Positions 1-10,645 are shown, numbered from the stretch's first letter. The stretch is 64,000 nucleotides of DNA from Erythrobacter sp. (GCA_030148605.1 JASBTD010000016.1:8006-72005); one strand, 5' to 3'. Numbers and translations: made by a program. Notes: generated by a model not told the origin, from the sequence alone.

Positions 1-1098
1 ATCAATTCCGGGTCCAGCGCAGGCTTTGGCATCCGGCTGGGTTATGACACAGTCAACAACCGCGTATTCGTGCTTGAAGCCTATGAGAATGCGCCGGGTC
101 TTACCGCCGGGATGGATCGCGGGACTGAACTGCTCGCGATCGGGACCAACAGCACCAACCTGCAATTGGTCAGCACTTTGATGGCATCGGGCGGCCCGCA
201 AGCCGTAATCAATGCTTTGGGCCCCACCGATGCCGGCATCACACGTGTGATCCAGTTCCGCACGGCCGCCGGCGTCGCCACTGAATCCAGCATCACCAAA
301 GCCGATTTCTCGCTCGACCCCGTGTCCGATCGCTATGGCGTGCGCATTATCGACGATGGCGGCAAGAAGGTCGGCTATCTCAATCTGCGCACCTTTATCG
401 TTGCGAGCGCGGAAGATGATCTGCGCGCAGCCTTCCAGCAGTTCCGGACTGAAGGCATCACCGAACTGATCATCGATTTCCGCTACAATGGCGGCGGGCT
501 GGTCCGGATCGCGGACCTGATGGGCGATTTGATGAATAACGGTAGAGCGGGCCAGGTCTGGTCGAAAACCATCCTGCGCGATTCCAAGGCTGCCGAATTC
601 AACGAGACAACCAATATCCTTTCACAGCCTGAAGCGCTCACCCCCACCAAGGTCGCATTCATTGGCCGCGGCGGAACGGCATCAGCCAGCGAGCTGGTGA
701 TCAATTCCATGCTGCCGTATCTGGGCAACAATGTCGCGCTGATCGGTGCCAATACGTTCGGCAAGCCTGTCGGGCAAAGCCCATTTAGCCGCGCCGAATG
801 CGATGACCGCTTGCGGGCTGTGACCTTCAAGACTGTCAATCGCGACGATCAGGGCGAGTATTTTGGCGGGCTGGCGGATGTGGTTCCCAACACCTGCCTC
901 GCCAATGATGACATATTCACGCAATTGGGCGAACCGAGCGAAGCCTCAATTGCAACCGCGCTCGATTTCCTGGCCGGGCGCAGTTGCACCGCGATTGCAG
1001 CCGAAGGTGTCAGGACAACGCAGTCTGCTGCGACAAGGCAGCTGCTACAACCCGATCAACCCAATGCGGCGCAATATCAGATTCCGGGGCTGTTCTAG
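1..1098 (+). CDS. S41 family (tail-specific/C-terminal processing) peptidase, 5' end outside window
   Basis: Frame is open from base 1 ([13 protein letters not shown]...). It has a PDZ-like segment, [12 protein letters not shown], catalytic Ser in TASASE and Lys in TFGKPVGQ. Confidence 0.85.
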   Translation: MNSGSSAGFGIRLGYDTVNNRVFVLEAYENAPGLTAGMDRGTELLAIGTNSTNLQLVSTLMASGGPQAVINALGPTDAGITRVIQFRTAAGVATESSITKADFSLDPVSDRYGVRIIDDGGKKVGYLNLRTFIVASAEDDLRAAFQQFRTEGITELIIDFRYNGGGLVRIADLMGDLMNNGRAGQVWSKTILRDSKAAEFNETTNILSQPEALTPTKVAFIGRGGTASASELVINSMLPYLGNNVALIGANTFGKPVGQSPFSRAECDDRLRAVTFKTVNRDDQGEYFGGLADVVPNTCLANDDIFTQLGEPSEASIATALDFLAGRSCTAIAAEGVRTTQSAATRQLLQPDQPNAAQYQIPGLF

Positions 1099-1123
1099 GG
1101 TCAGCGAAGGAGGCAGAGTTTCA

Positions 1124-1456
1124 ATGGCGCGTGAATATACCAGCTTCGCCGAATTCTGGCCGTTTTACCTGCGCGAACACAGCAAGCCGCAAACGCGCGC
1201 CTTGCATTACATCGGCACTAGCCTGGTGGTGGCGATCGCAGTGTATTCGCTTCTAACCGGGAGCTGGCTGTTGCTGATCGGGCTGCCTGTGGCAGGTTAC
1301 CTCTTCGCATGGGTCGCGCATTTCATGATCGAACGGAACCGCCCCGCGACCTTCACATATCCGCTGTGGTCGCTGGTCGCCGATTTCCGCATGTGGGCCC
1401 TATGGTTGACCGGACGGATCAAGCCCGAACTGGAGCGCGCCGGAGTATCCCGCTAG
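1124..1456 (+). CDS. DUF962/Mpo1-like membrane protein
   Basis: [32 protein letters not shown] ... [19 protein letters not shown] is typical of DUF962. GGAGG lies upstream of ATG 1124. Confidence 0.85.
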   Translation: MAREYTSFAEFWPFYLREHSKPQTRALHYIGTSLVVAIAVYSLLTGSWLLLIGLPVAGYLFAWVAHFMIERNRPATFTYPLWSLVADFRMWALWLTGRIKPELERAGVSR

Positions 1457-1460
1457 CGCG

Positions 1461-1868
1461 CTAAAGCGTGTCAGGCACAGTCTCAAAGCCGGGGATACCG
1501 CCCAGATCGACCCAATCCTGCTTGCTCTTGGTGTAGCAATGGAAGCTGGGCTTGAGGCTTGATGTGTCATCCAGCGTTCCAGCCTTGATGAACATCACGC
1601 CGGGCGGATGCGCAACCTGCGTGAACACGGGTGATCCGCAGTTCTCGCAGAACTGGCGTCCCACGGTTGCGCCGCTATCGCCGGTATCATTGTAAGTCTT
1701 GACTTCGCCTTGCACTTCGACCGAACCTTGCGGCACCCCGATGATGATCGAAAGCGCGCTGCCGGCCTGTCGCTGGCAGTTCTTGCAGTGGCAGGTCACG
1801 CACATCAGCGGATCGGTTGTAAGCTCGTAGCGGACATTGCCGCACAAGCAGCCACCGGTGAGGCCCAT
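1461..1868 (-). CDS. GFA (CENP-V/glutathione-dependent formaldehyde-activating) family zinc protein
   Basis: GGCLCGNVRY, CHCKNCQR and FCENCGSP cysteine motifs. Confidence 0.9.
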   Translation of the reverse strand: MGLTGGCLCGNVRYELTTDPLMCVTCHCKNCQRQAGSALSIIIGVPQGSVEVQGEVKTYNDTGDSGATVGRQFCENCGSPVFTQVAHPPGVMFIKAGTLDDTSSLKPSFHCYTKSKQDWVDLGGIPGFETVPDTL

Positions 1869-1870
1869 AT

Positions 1871-2278
1871 CTATTCTCCCTCACCTTGCGTCGCGCTGGT
1901 ACCGTCAAGGCCATCGGGCAAGTCACCATGGGTGAACAGGAAGACCAGGAAGCCAAAAGCAAACAGCGCATCCCCCGCCAGAACAGCCGAGATCAGAGTG
2001 CTGCCGGTTGGTCCGAATTCGCCGGGGCCGAGCAAGGCGACGACGCCGACCTTGCCGAGGATACCCGCCCACAGCACCGGCCCGAAACGGCGCGGATCGC
2101 GCGCGACCTGCATGTAAACAATGCCGAAGGCGAACACGAGCAAGCCGATCGTGCGCCCGTCAATGGTGGCTTCGGGAACGAGCATGCCCGCCAGCCCGAT
2201 CGCGAAATTGAATGCTGCTGCAACCCAGAAGAAAGTCTTCCAGCCGCGCGCTGTTTCACCGTATTTGCTCATGCTCAA
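1871..2278 (-). CDS. Hypothetical multi-pass membrane protein
   Basis: Four hydrophobic segments; tightly packed with neighbours (4-bp overlap upstream, 2-bp gap downstream). Confidence 0.7.
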   Translation of the reverse strand: MSMSKYGETARGWKTFFWVAAAFNFAIGLAGMLVPEATIDGRTIGLLVFAFGIVYMQVARDPRRFGPVLWAGILGKVGVVALLGPGEFGPTGSTLISAVLAGDALFAFGFLVFLFTHGDLPDGLDGTSATQGEGE

Positions 2279-2760
2279 GGTGTCTCCTCACCGCTAAAAC
2301 CCTGCTGATCCGTATAGCCGCAGCCATTGAGCTGCGCTTCGCCAATTGTGACTGTGACGGTATAGGGATAGGTCCGGTCACTCATCCCGTCCGAACATTC
2401 GCCCGGCGTGATCGCCATCTGCAGCGCAGCGCCTTCGAGCTCGCCTGAAATGCCCAAGCCGCCATTGCCGGAAAAACGCGTGATGTCGATCGCTGTGCCT
2501 TCGATATTGTCAGGCGTCGACCATGTCAGCCGCTCGCCTTCCACCACCCCGCTCCAGAACGGTTCGGTTCCCAGCGCAGTGATCACTTCGCTATCGCCTA
2601 TGCCTTCGAATGCCGGAACATCGCCTGGCTGGTCTTCACCTCCGCCAAAGCAAGCGTAAAGCCCCATCGAAGCAAAGGCAGCGATGAGCAGCCGTGTGCC
2701 GAACTCTTTACCTATCATCGGCCAATTCTCCCCCTGACCGGGAACGGTGATAGACCGCAC
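2275..2760 (-). CDS. COG3650-like exported/membrane protein (start may be near 2718)
   Basis: ALGTEPFWS and ITPGECSDGMSDRTYPYTV...LNGCG motifs; N-terminal hydrophobic stretch ending in Cys. Confidence 0.75.
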   Translation of the reverse strand: MRSITVPGQGENWPMIGKEFGTRLLIAAFASMGLYACFGGGEDQPGDVPAFEGIGDSEVITALGTEPFWSGVVEGERLTWSTPDNIEGTAIDITRFSGNGGLGISGELEGAALQMAITPGECSDGMSDRTYPYTVTVTIGEAQLNGCGYTDQQGFSGEETP

Positions 2761-2836
2761 TTGCTGCCCTTGTCACGCCCCTGTGTTGGCCTGATGCGAG
2801 ATGATCCCGCGCTGAAGCAGCCCCAGCGCAGCGGGC

Positions 2837-3181
2837 CTACATCACCTTGTCAGGGCGCGGATCATGCTTGTGGCGCGATTCCCTGCCAAAATGGCGATCA
2901 AGCCGCTCGAACAGGATATTGCCCGCCTTGCGCGCGGCATCATCCACTTTTGAGGCATGCGCTGTCACGCCCAGCGGCCTGCCACCGCGCGGGCGAGCCT
3001 CGATCGTACACGTCTTGTCATCGGCCCCGTGCTTATGCGCGTTCTCGTCCGAAACATGCACTTCGATCCGGGTCAGCCGGTCTTCATAGCGCGCCAGGCG
3101 ATGGCGCAAATGCGCTTCGATCCGCTCGGCGACGTTTTCCGTGCCCATCACGCTGCTGTCGGAGTTGAACTGGAATTGCAT
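2837..3181 (-). CDS. HPF/RaiA-family ribosome-associated protein
   Basis: MQFQFNSD ... LTRIEVHVSDENAHKHGADDKTCTIEARPRG. Confidence 0.85.
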   Translation of the reverse strand: MQFQFNSDSSVMGTENVAERIEAHLRHRLARYEDRLTRIEVHVSDENAHKHGADDKTCTIEARPRGGRPLGVTAHASKVDDAARKAGNILFERLDRHFGRESRHKHDPRPDKVM

Positions 3182-3427
3182 ATCGGGTGCTCCTCTCGGT
3201 TTCTCTTCGCTTGCATCCAAGATGGGAATTGGCGGCGCCAAGTCCAGCGAAATCGACTCTGTTTTTCCTACAGGATGGAACACATGGAACACAGTCCATG
3301 GAGCAAAAACAGCGCGCGCCGATCCGGCCTGTGAAGCCCGCGAAAACCGCGCATATTCAAGGTGTTTGCATGCATCCATCGGTGAACGAATAGTCCCTGC
3401 GCGCGATGTAGGAAAGCGCGCGAGGCC

Positions 3428-4054
3428 CTACCCCTCGATCAGCACGATGTCCCATTGGTAGCGATGATCGCCCAGAGCCTTCGCCACCGAAGTTGGCGCG
3501 CCTTCGTCCAGCGACTGATACAGCGGATCCTGGCGGTTCGCCGCTTCATCTTCCGGAAAATACATTTGCAGGATCTGCCGAGAGGACATTCCGCTCGCAT
3601 CCATATGGATATGCGGCGGGCGATTGCCCACCGGGCTGTCATAGGCTGCAGGTTTGATCGTGGTCAGCTTCCAGTTGCCATCCCTTCCGGTATGGATCGA
3701 GGCATAGCCCTGGAAATTGGGATCGAGCGGCATCACAGCCGGGTCTTCGGGATGGTCATACCGTCCAAAGGCATTGGCTTGCCAGATATCGAGCCGCGAA
3801 CCCACAATGGGGTTGCCGTGCCGGTCAAGCACGCGGCCCATCACTTCGATCACCTGGCCCTGGGCCCGCTCTGCGCCTGCGCCAATCCGCGTCAGGTCAG
3901 CATCGGTTTCACCGCGATAGCCGGTGGGGAAGAACGGCCCCAGCGGCGATCCGGCGGTGATCGTTTGTGCTGCCACGCTGCTGGCACCTGCGGCTGTTGC
4001 AAGCGCGCCCGCGGTGAACATGCGGCGCGTGATCGGATGGTATTTGTGAGACAT
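3428..4054 (-). CDS. Intradiol ring-cleavage dioxygenase (protocatechuate 3,4-dioxygenase beta-like) with Tat-type signal
   Basis: WQANAFGRYDHP, TIKPAAY and RPPHIH supply the Tyr/Tyr/His/His iron ligands. N-terminus is TRRMFTAGALA. The longer 513-aa ORF call is a read-through artefact. Confidence 0.8.
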   Translation of the reverse strand: MSHKYHPITRRMFTAGALATAAGASSVAAQTITAGSPLGPFFPTGYRGETDADLTRIGAGAERAQGQVIEVMGRVLDRHGNPIVGSRLDIWQANAFGRYDHPEDPAVMPLDPNFQGYASIHTGRDGNWKLTTIKPAAYDSPVGNRPPHIHMDASGMSSRQILQMYFPEDEAANRQDPLYQSLDEGAPTSVAKALGDHRYQWDIVLIEG

Positions 4055-4174
4055 GGCTGGGCCCCTCCGGCAATTTCCGGCGACCCATGCAGTCCGAACT
4101 ACCCGCACGACCAAGCGATGTCCACACAGGTGTTTGCAAGCCGGGCTTAATCGGGCATATCCGCAGCATGGGTC

Positions 4175-4945
4175 GTGCGCACAAGGGGGATTTGCGCGAT
4201 GGACCCGCGTTTTGCGACAAGGCATGCTTTCGACAGCCGTTTCTGGGCACTGATCTGGCTTTACATTCTCGTCATTGTTCTGGTGGGTTTCAGTCCACCG
4301 GTTCAGGACCGCTTCTTCGACGATTTTCAGGAACCTGCTTCCATTGCGCTGCAACTGCATGTGTGGAGCTTTGGCGCTTGGATGGTGCTGCTCGCCACGC
4401 AGGCCTGGTTCGCCAGCACAGGGCGGATGGAACGACACCGGATGTTCGGCAACGCGATGCTGCCGCTCGCGGCGGTGATGGTGCTGTCGGCAGGGATAGC
4501 CGAGCTGCAATTCCACCAAAGAGTGATTGCCAATGGCGGCAATGAGGCGGGCTTCACCGCAATCAGCGGCACCTATCTGCTGCCTTTCTGCGTGCTCGTG
4601 CCAATGGCATGGATCGCGCGCAAAGACCCGCCTGCGCACAAGCGGCTGATCCTGATGGCGACCGCTACTATCTGCGCCGGTGCGCATTTGCGCGCGGTCA
4701 GCATCTTCTCGCCAGAGGCGTTCTGGCGCAGCGATGCCTATCTCAACCATCTGGTGTTCGGCTTTGGCGGATCGATGCTGATCATCGCGATGGGCATGGC
4801 TTATGACCTCTATTCCAGAGGGAGCTTGCACCCGGTCTACCGCAAGGTCGCACCGGCGCTGTTCGTGCTCTATGTCGTGGCGGCCTGGGCCTATGGCAGC
4901 GAGGGCTATGCCGACATCGCGCGGCGAGTGATCGAAGCGCTTTAG
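4175..4945 (+). CDS. Hypothetical multi-pass membrane protein with His-containing helices
   Basis: About 7 hydrophobic segments; LQLHV, RHRMFG and AHKRLILMAT motifs. Confidence 0.7.
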   Translation: MRTRGICAMDPRFATRHAFDSRFWALIWLYILVIVLVGFSPPVQDRFFDDFQEPASIALQLHVWSFGAWMVLLATQAWFASTGRMERHRMFGNAMLPLAAVMVLSAGIAELQFHQRVIANGGNEAGFTAISGTYLLPFCVLVPMAWIARKDPPAHKRLILMATATICAGAHLRAVSIFSPEAFWRSDAYLNHLVFGFGGSMLIIAMGMAYDLYSRGSLHPVYRKVAPALFVLYVVAAWAYGSEGYADIARRVIEAL

Positions 4946-5000
4946 GCTCGCAAGTCCAACATTCATCACCCGGCATCACAAGGATCCAGGTGGAATGGTT

Positions 5001-5216
5001 TTACTGGCTTTCCAGCTCTTCAGCGGCGCGGCGCTGGGCGCGCGCTTCTTCCGCCTCGGCGCGATCGGTCGCAACCTTGCGCGCCTGCGCCGCCAGCCCG
5101 CGCCAGGTCTTCTCCGCTCGCAGCTCGCGCTCGCGCACATTTTCAAGCTCCGCCTCTTTCGCCCTTACAGCGGCTTCTTCCGCGCGTTCGTGATAGAGTT
5201 CGTAAGTCTGGGCCAT
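5001..5216 (-). CDS. Small coiled-coil hypothetical protein
   Basis: MAQTYELYHERAEEA...ENVRERELRAEKTWRGLA; Glu/Ala/Arg-rich; GGAG precedes the ATG. Confidence 0.7.
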   Translation of the reverse strand: MAQTYELYHERAEEAAVRAKEAELENVRERELRAEKTWRGLAAQARKVATDRAEAEEARAQRRAAEELESQ

Positions 5217-5307
5217 GGGCGGTTCCTGTGTGCGTGGGTTTAAAAGATCAGCGGGCGAGAAAGGGTGGAGCCGGCATGTGCACGGCCCCACCCCGTTCCG
5301 ATTGCGA

Positions 5308-5520
5308 TCAGTCAGCAGCCGAAAGGTTGACGGCGCTTTCCTTGCCATTGCGGCCCATTTCCACGTCATAGTTAAGGCGCTGGTCCTTATCGAGCGTGGT
5401 CATGCCGCCTGCCTGCACGGCAGAGATATGGACGAAGCTGTCGCTTGAGCCATCGTCGGGCTGGATAAAGCCATAGCCCTTGTCGGTGTTGAAGAATTTT
5501 ACTGTGCCAGTCTTGGCCAT
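5308..5520 (-). CDS. cspA: Cold-shock protein
   Basis: GTVKFFNTDKGYGFIQP (RNP1) and FVHISAV (RNP2). Confidence 0.95.
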   Translation of the reverse strand: MAKTGTVKFFNTDKGYGFIQPDDGSSDSFVHISAVQAGGMTTLDKDQRLNYDVEMGRNGKESAVNLSAAD

Positions 5521-5799
5521 GATGCGTTCCTTTCAAGAACGTGAGTGTTGCCCGCGCGGCAGGGTGCCGGGCGGGTGGTGCGTCAATTCGTTCAGATGAA
5601 AGGAATTCGTCGTCCGGTTAACGCCGGGGGTGTTGGACACCAAACGGCGGAGCGCAAATTTCAAGTTCCGTCGCAAATTCCGACGTCAGCAAGCAGGCTT
5701 ATAGCAGGGAATGGCTGAATCGCCTAATTATTACTGCGGCGCGCAATTTTTGAAGGTTGAGAGGACGCGCGATCAGCTGCCTCAATCGGCAAAAATCTT

Positions 5800-5892
5800 C
5801 CGTTCACCCTGAGCCCGTCGAAAGGTTGTCCTTTTTCTGGAGGCCCGTTGCCAAACTGAAGTGCAGAGCTTCGACAAACTCAGCCCAAGCGG
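5800..5892. repeat. REP-like paired palindrome (CCGTTC...TGAGCCCGTCGAA / TTCGACAAACTCAG...CGG type)
   Basis: ccgttcaccctgagcccgtcgaaagg ... gcttcgacaaactcagcccaagcgg form imperfect inverted arms, just downstream of ethD. Confidence 0.7.
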
Positions 5893-5900
5893 CACTGTAT

Positions 5901-6278
5901 TTAGATCACTTCATTCGCCCGTGTGATGAAGGCGCGGGATCGGACGAAGTCGATAAAGTTCTTCTCATCCTCGAACAGGATCACGGCGTGCCTGTGCCCC
6001 TCTTCAGTGGCAGCGGCGGCGGCGACGGCCTCCTCGCTGTCGAACCACAACTCGGCCACGCCGTCAAAATCCTCACCATCGCCATAGGGGATGCCGCGCC
6101 CTGCATTGTTCGCGGCCGCGATTGGACTGTCGACGGTATGCTGCTGGATATAGCGGCGAATGCCCAGTGCCTCACGCGCGTCCTCGACCAGCGGGGCGTG
6201 CGTGTTGCGCCAATAGTCCTGGAACTGCGCGCGGGAGAGCGAAGGGAGACGATGCAGGCAGTACGTGAGTTTGATCAT
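5901..6278 (-). CDS. EthD-domain protein (dimeric alpha/beta barrel)
   Basis: F..YW...HAPLV, FDGVAELWFDS and DEKNFID motifs; the start overlaps the doc stop (ATGA). Confidence 0.9.
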   Translation of the reverse strand: MIKLTYCLHRLPSLSRAQFQDYWRNTHAPLVEDAREALGIRRYIQQHTVDSPIAAANNAGRGIPYGDGEDFDGVAELWFDSEEAVAAAAATEEGHRHAVILFEDEKNFIDFVRSRAFITRANEVI

Positions 6279-6281
6279 GGA
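6085..6281. repeat. 197-bp direct repeat, copy 1 (5' half of ethD)
   Basis: Aligns without gaps to 7099-7295 with 13 mismatches by manual count. Confidence 0.95.
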
Positions 6282-6673
6282 TCTTTCTCCAGATGCTCGC
6301 GGAACCAGTCGGTCAGCTCTTCTTCTGACAATTCGCCAGCGGCCAGGGAAAGCACACAGCCAATCGCCTCACGTGGTTCGAAAGCAAGGCTCATCCCATT
6401 CAGCCGCAGAAATAGGCGCGCAAAGACCCACGCCGTTCGTTTGTTTCCATCGACGAAGGGATGGTTGCGGGCGATCCCATTGGCATAGGCCGCGGCAAGA
6501 GTGCACAGATCATCCTCGCCATAATTCCATCGGTTGACCGGACGTGCGAGCGCGCTTTCAAGCGCCCCTTGGTCGCGCACACCGGTGGGTCCGCCATGCT
6601 CGGACAGTTGGCGGTCATGAACCGCAAGCGCTACGTCGAGAGAAAGCCATTCCGGCTCGGTGCGAGAGCTCAT
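6275..6673 (-). CDS. doc: Doc/Fic-family type II toxin (death-on-curing)
   Basis: HPFVDGNKRTA Doc-type Fic motif; EHGGPTGVRD..LESALARP N-terminus. Confidence 0.92.
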   Translation of the reverse strand: MSSRTEPEWLSLDVALAVHDRQLSEHGGPTGVRDQGALESALARPVNRWNYGEDDLCTLAAAYANGIARNHPFVDGNKRTAWVFARLFLRLNGMSLAFEPREAIGCVLSLAAGELSEEELTDWFREHLEKDP

Positions 6674-6679
6674 GCTACT

Positions 6680-6785
6680 CCCCTCCCGTATACGGGAGGG
6701 GTCGGGGGTGGGCATGGGCCAGAACGGCCCACCCCGCTGCGACTAGCGAGCAGGCTCGCTGCCCCTCCCGCGAGCGGGAGGGGAT
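6680..6785. mobile_element. Gene-less composite palindromic element (REPIN/MITE-like) between antitoxin and toxin
   Basis: Hairpins cccctcccg-tata-cgggagggg (6680-6701) and cccctcccg-cgag-cgggagggg (6762-6783), with inner arms ggggtgggc/gcccacccc. Confidence 0.75.
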
Positions 6786-7013
6786 TCACTTCGCCAATTC
6801 GCGCAGGATATCGCGATCCTCACGCATGATCGCCTCGGCCGCTTCCATCTTGGTGGCAAAGTCCGGATCGACAGCGGTCAGCCGCACACCATCAGGCGCT
6901 TCGGTGAGATACAGCTGATCCCCCGGCCCAACCCGCAGGCGCGCCAGCACCTCCTTGGGCAGGACGATCCCGGCGGAATTGCCGATCTTGGTGATCTTGA
7001 GCGGCTTGTTCAT
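6786..7013 (-). CDS. AbrB/MazE/SpoVT-family antitoxin
   Basis: LKITKIGNSAGIVLPKEVLARL...GD.LYL; ends MREDRDILRELAK; lies upstream of doc. Confidence 0.9.
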   Translation of the reverse strand: MNKPLKITKIGNSAGIVLPKEVLARLRVGPGDQLYLTEAPDGVRLTAVDPDFATKMEAAEAIMREDRDILRELAK

Positions 7014-7016
7014 ACG

Positions 7017-7030
7017 GGTGTTATAACGCA
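7017..7030. promoter_or_regulatory. Probable TA autorepression operator
   Basis: Palindrome GTTATAAC (7020-7027) a few bases upstream of the antitoxin ATG. Confidence 0.5.
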
Positions 7031-7097
7031 CGTATGAGCGACAAGCAAGTGAGTGGGATTTGGTGCACCGAAATTGAGTGCACTGTCACTGTAATTT

Positions 7098-7293
7098 CTA
7101 GGGGATGCCGCGCCCTTCATTGTTGGCCGCCGCAATCGGGCTGTCGACGGTGTGCTGCTGGATATAGCGGCGAATGCCCAGTGCCTCACGCGCGTCCTCG
7201 ACCAGCGGGGCGTGCGTGTTGCGCCAATAGTCCTGAAACTGAGCGCGGGAGAGCGAAGGGAGCCGGTGAAGGCAGTAAGTGAGTTTGATCATG
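7098..7293 (-). pseudogene. Truncated ethD 5' fragment (direct repeat copy 2)
   Basis: MIKLTYCLHRL...NNEGRGIP then TAG, where the intact copy continues TAT GGC. Confidence 0.9.
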
Positions 7294-7355
7294 GAAAGAG
7301 CGCTACAATCAGGATTGAAGTTTTTTGGAAACAAATATTGAAGTAACATTCTATA

Positions 7356-7979
7356 ATGGAACTTCTTCAGGATCATCCATTGGCATTTGTGATCGTGCTG
7401 GTGCTCGGTGCTATTATTGGCATGGCGGTCGAACGCTTTGTCGAGACGCAAGACAAGGAGAGGCGCAAGGCCTACTGGCGGGGTCGGAACGCGCGCAAGA
7501 ATGGCCCCAACCTCAAGACGATTGAGCGCGCCGAGCGCAAGCAAGCGATTGCAGCCGATTTCTCGACCAATCAGTTGAAGACAGTGATGGCAGCCGCGTT
7601 TGATTCCCGCCCGCTGCTCAACCGGCCGGAGGCCAAGGTGTTTCTGGCACTCGACCAAGCAGTGATTTCGCGCAATTCGGGTTGGCAAGTAATGGCGCAA
7701 GTGTCGTTAGGCGAATTCCTCTCCAGCAAGGACAAGGATGCCTATCTCGCAATCAATTCAAAGCGGGTCGATTTCGCCCTGATGGATGAGAATTGCTGTG
7801 TGATCCACGCGCTCGAGTATCAAGGCAATGGCCATCATCAAGGTACCGCTGCCGCGCGCGATGCAGTGAAAAAGGAAGCGTTGCGGAAAGCGGGCATCGG
7901 GTATCACGAGATCGTGGCGGGTCACACCACACCAGCCGAACTGCGGGCGCTGGTGGAGAAATTGGTTCCGGGAGGTTAG
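7356..7979 (+). CDS. DUF2726-like protein (restriction-endonuclease-like fold) with N-terminal membrane anchor
   Basis: TM helix LAFVIVLVLGAIIGMAV; LLNRPE, MAQVSLGEFL, KRVDFALMD, LEYQGNGH and RDAVKKEALRKAGI. Confidence 0.8.
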   Translation: MELLQDHPLAFVIVLVLGAIIGMAVERFVETQDKERRKAYWRGRNARKNGPNLKTIERAERKQAIAADFSTNQLKTVMAAAFDSRPLLNRPEAKVFLALDQAVISRNSGWQVMAQVSLGEFLSSKDKDAYLAINSKRVDFALMDENCCVIHALEYQGNGHHQGTAAARDAVKKEALRKAGIGYHEIVAGHTTPAELRALVEKLVPGG

Positions 7980-7991
7980 GTTTTCCCAATT

Positions 7992-8020
7992 CGTCATCCT
8001 GAACTTGTTTCAGGATGACG
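7992..8020. repeat. CGTC-tagged palindrome, probably a bidirectional terminator
   Basis: cgtcatcctgaa-cttgt-ttcaggatgacg is a perfect 12-bp stem between convergent genes. Confidence 0.8.
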
Positions 8021-8047
8021 GAGGATGCAAGCCGGTAGTTTGGACGA

Positions 8048-8520
8048 TCACCCCTTCACCGCCCAGCATTCCAGCTCGACCCGCCGCGCGCCTAGCGCGA
8101 GGCCGTTCGTGCCAAAGGCTGAGCGTGCGGGGTAGCGGCCCTCCTTGAAATGCTCTGCATAGACCGCGTTGAAGGCGGGCCATTCGCTCATATCCGCCAG
8201 CATCACTGTGCATTTGAACACATCATCAAACGTCAGATCATGCCGCGCCAGCCGCGCTTCCATCCGCTGGAAGATGCGGCGCGTTTCCGCTTCCACCCCG
8301 CCCGGCACCACGCCGGTGCCCGCATCATTCGCGCCGATATCGCCTGACAAGTAGAGCACGCCGCTGACCTCCACCGCGTCAGAGAAGGGATAGGGCAATT
8401 CGGAGGCGTGATAGACCGCGCCGTCTGCTTTGGCCGCCGCGTCCTCACCCTCACCCGTTTTGATCGAGCAGCCGCCGAGCGCGAGGCCTGCTGCGAGCAC
8501 TACAAGAGCAGCTGATCGCA

Positions 8521-8521
<1 letters not shown>
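8048..8521 (-). CDS. RidA/YjgF/UK114-family protein with lipoprotein signal
   Basis: PFSDAV...LYLSG, FNAVYAEHF, YPARSAFG and VELEC. N-terminus is MRSAALVVLAAGLALGGC. The ATG overlaps the thiC stop (TGATG). Confidence 0.85.

Positions 8522-10645
<2,124 letters not shown>

Noticed and set aside
3275-3292. Tandem ATGGAACAC x2 upstream of the HPF gene
   Set aside because: Only two 9-bp units. The spacing fits neither a LexA box nor an EcfG promoter on the coding strand, and it could be chance.
3428-4969. 513-aa ORF call for the dioxygenase
   Set aside because: The first ~305 codons are antisense to the 4175-4945 membrane gene. The real protein starts at 4054 with a Tat leader.
7098-7700. 200-aa minus-strand ORF that appears to fuse a novel N-terminus to EthD
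   Set aside because: The N-terminal part is antisense to the DUF2726 gene and lacks protein-like features. Only 7098-7293 is real, as a truncated ethD.
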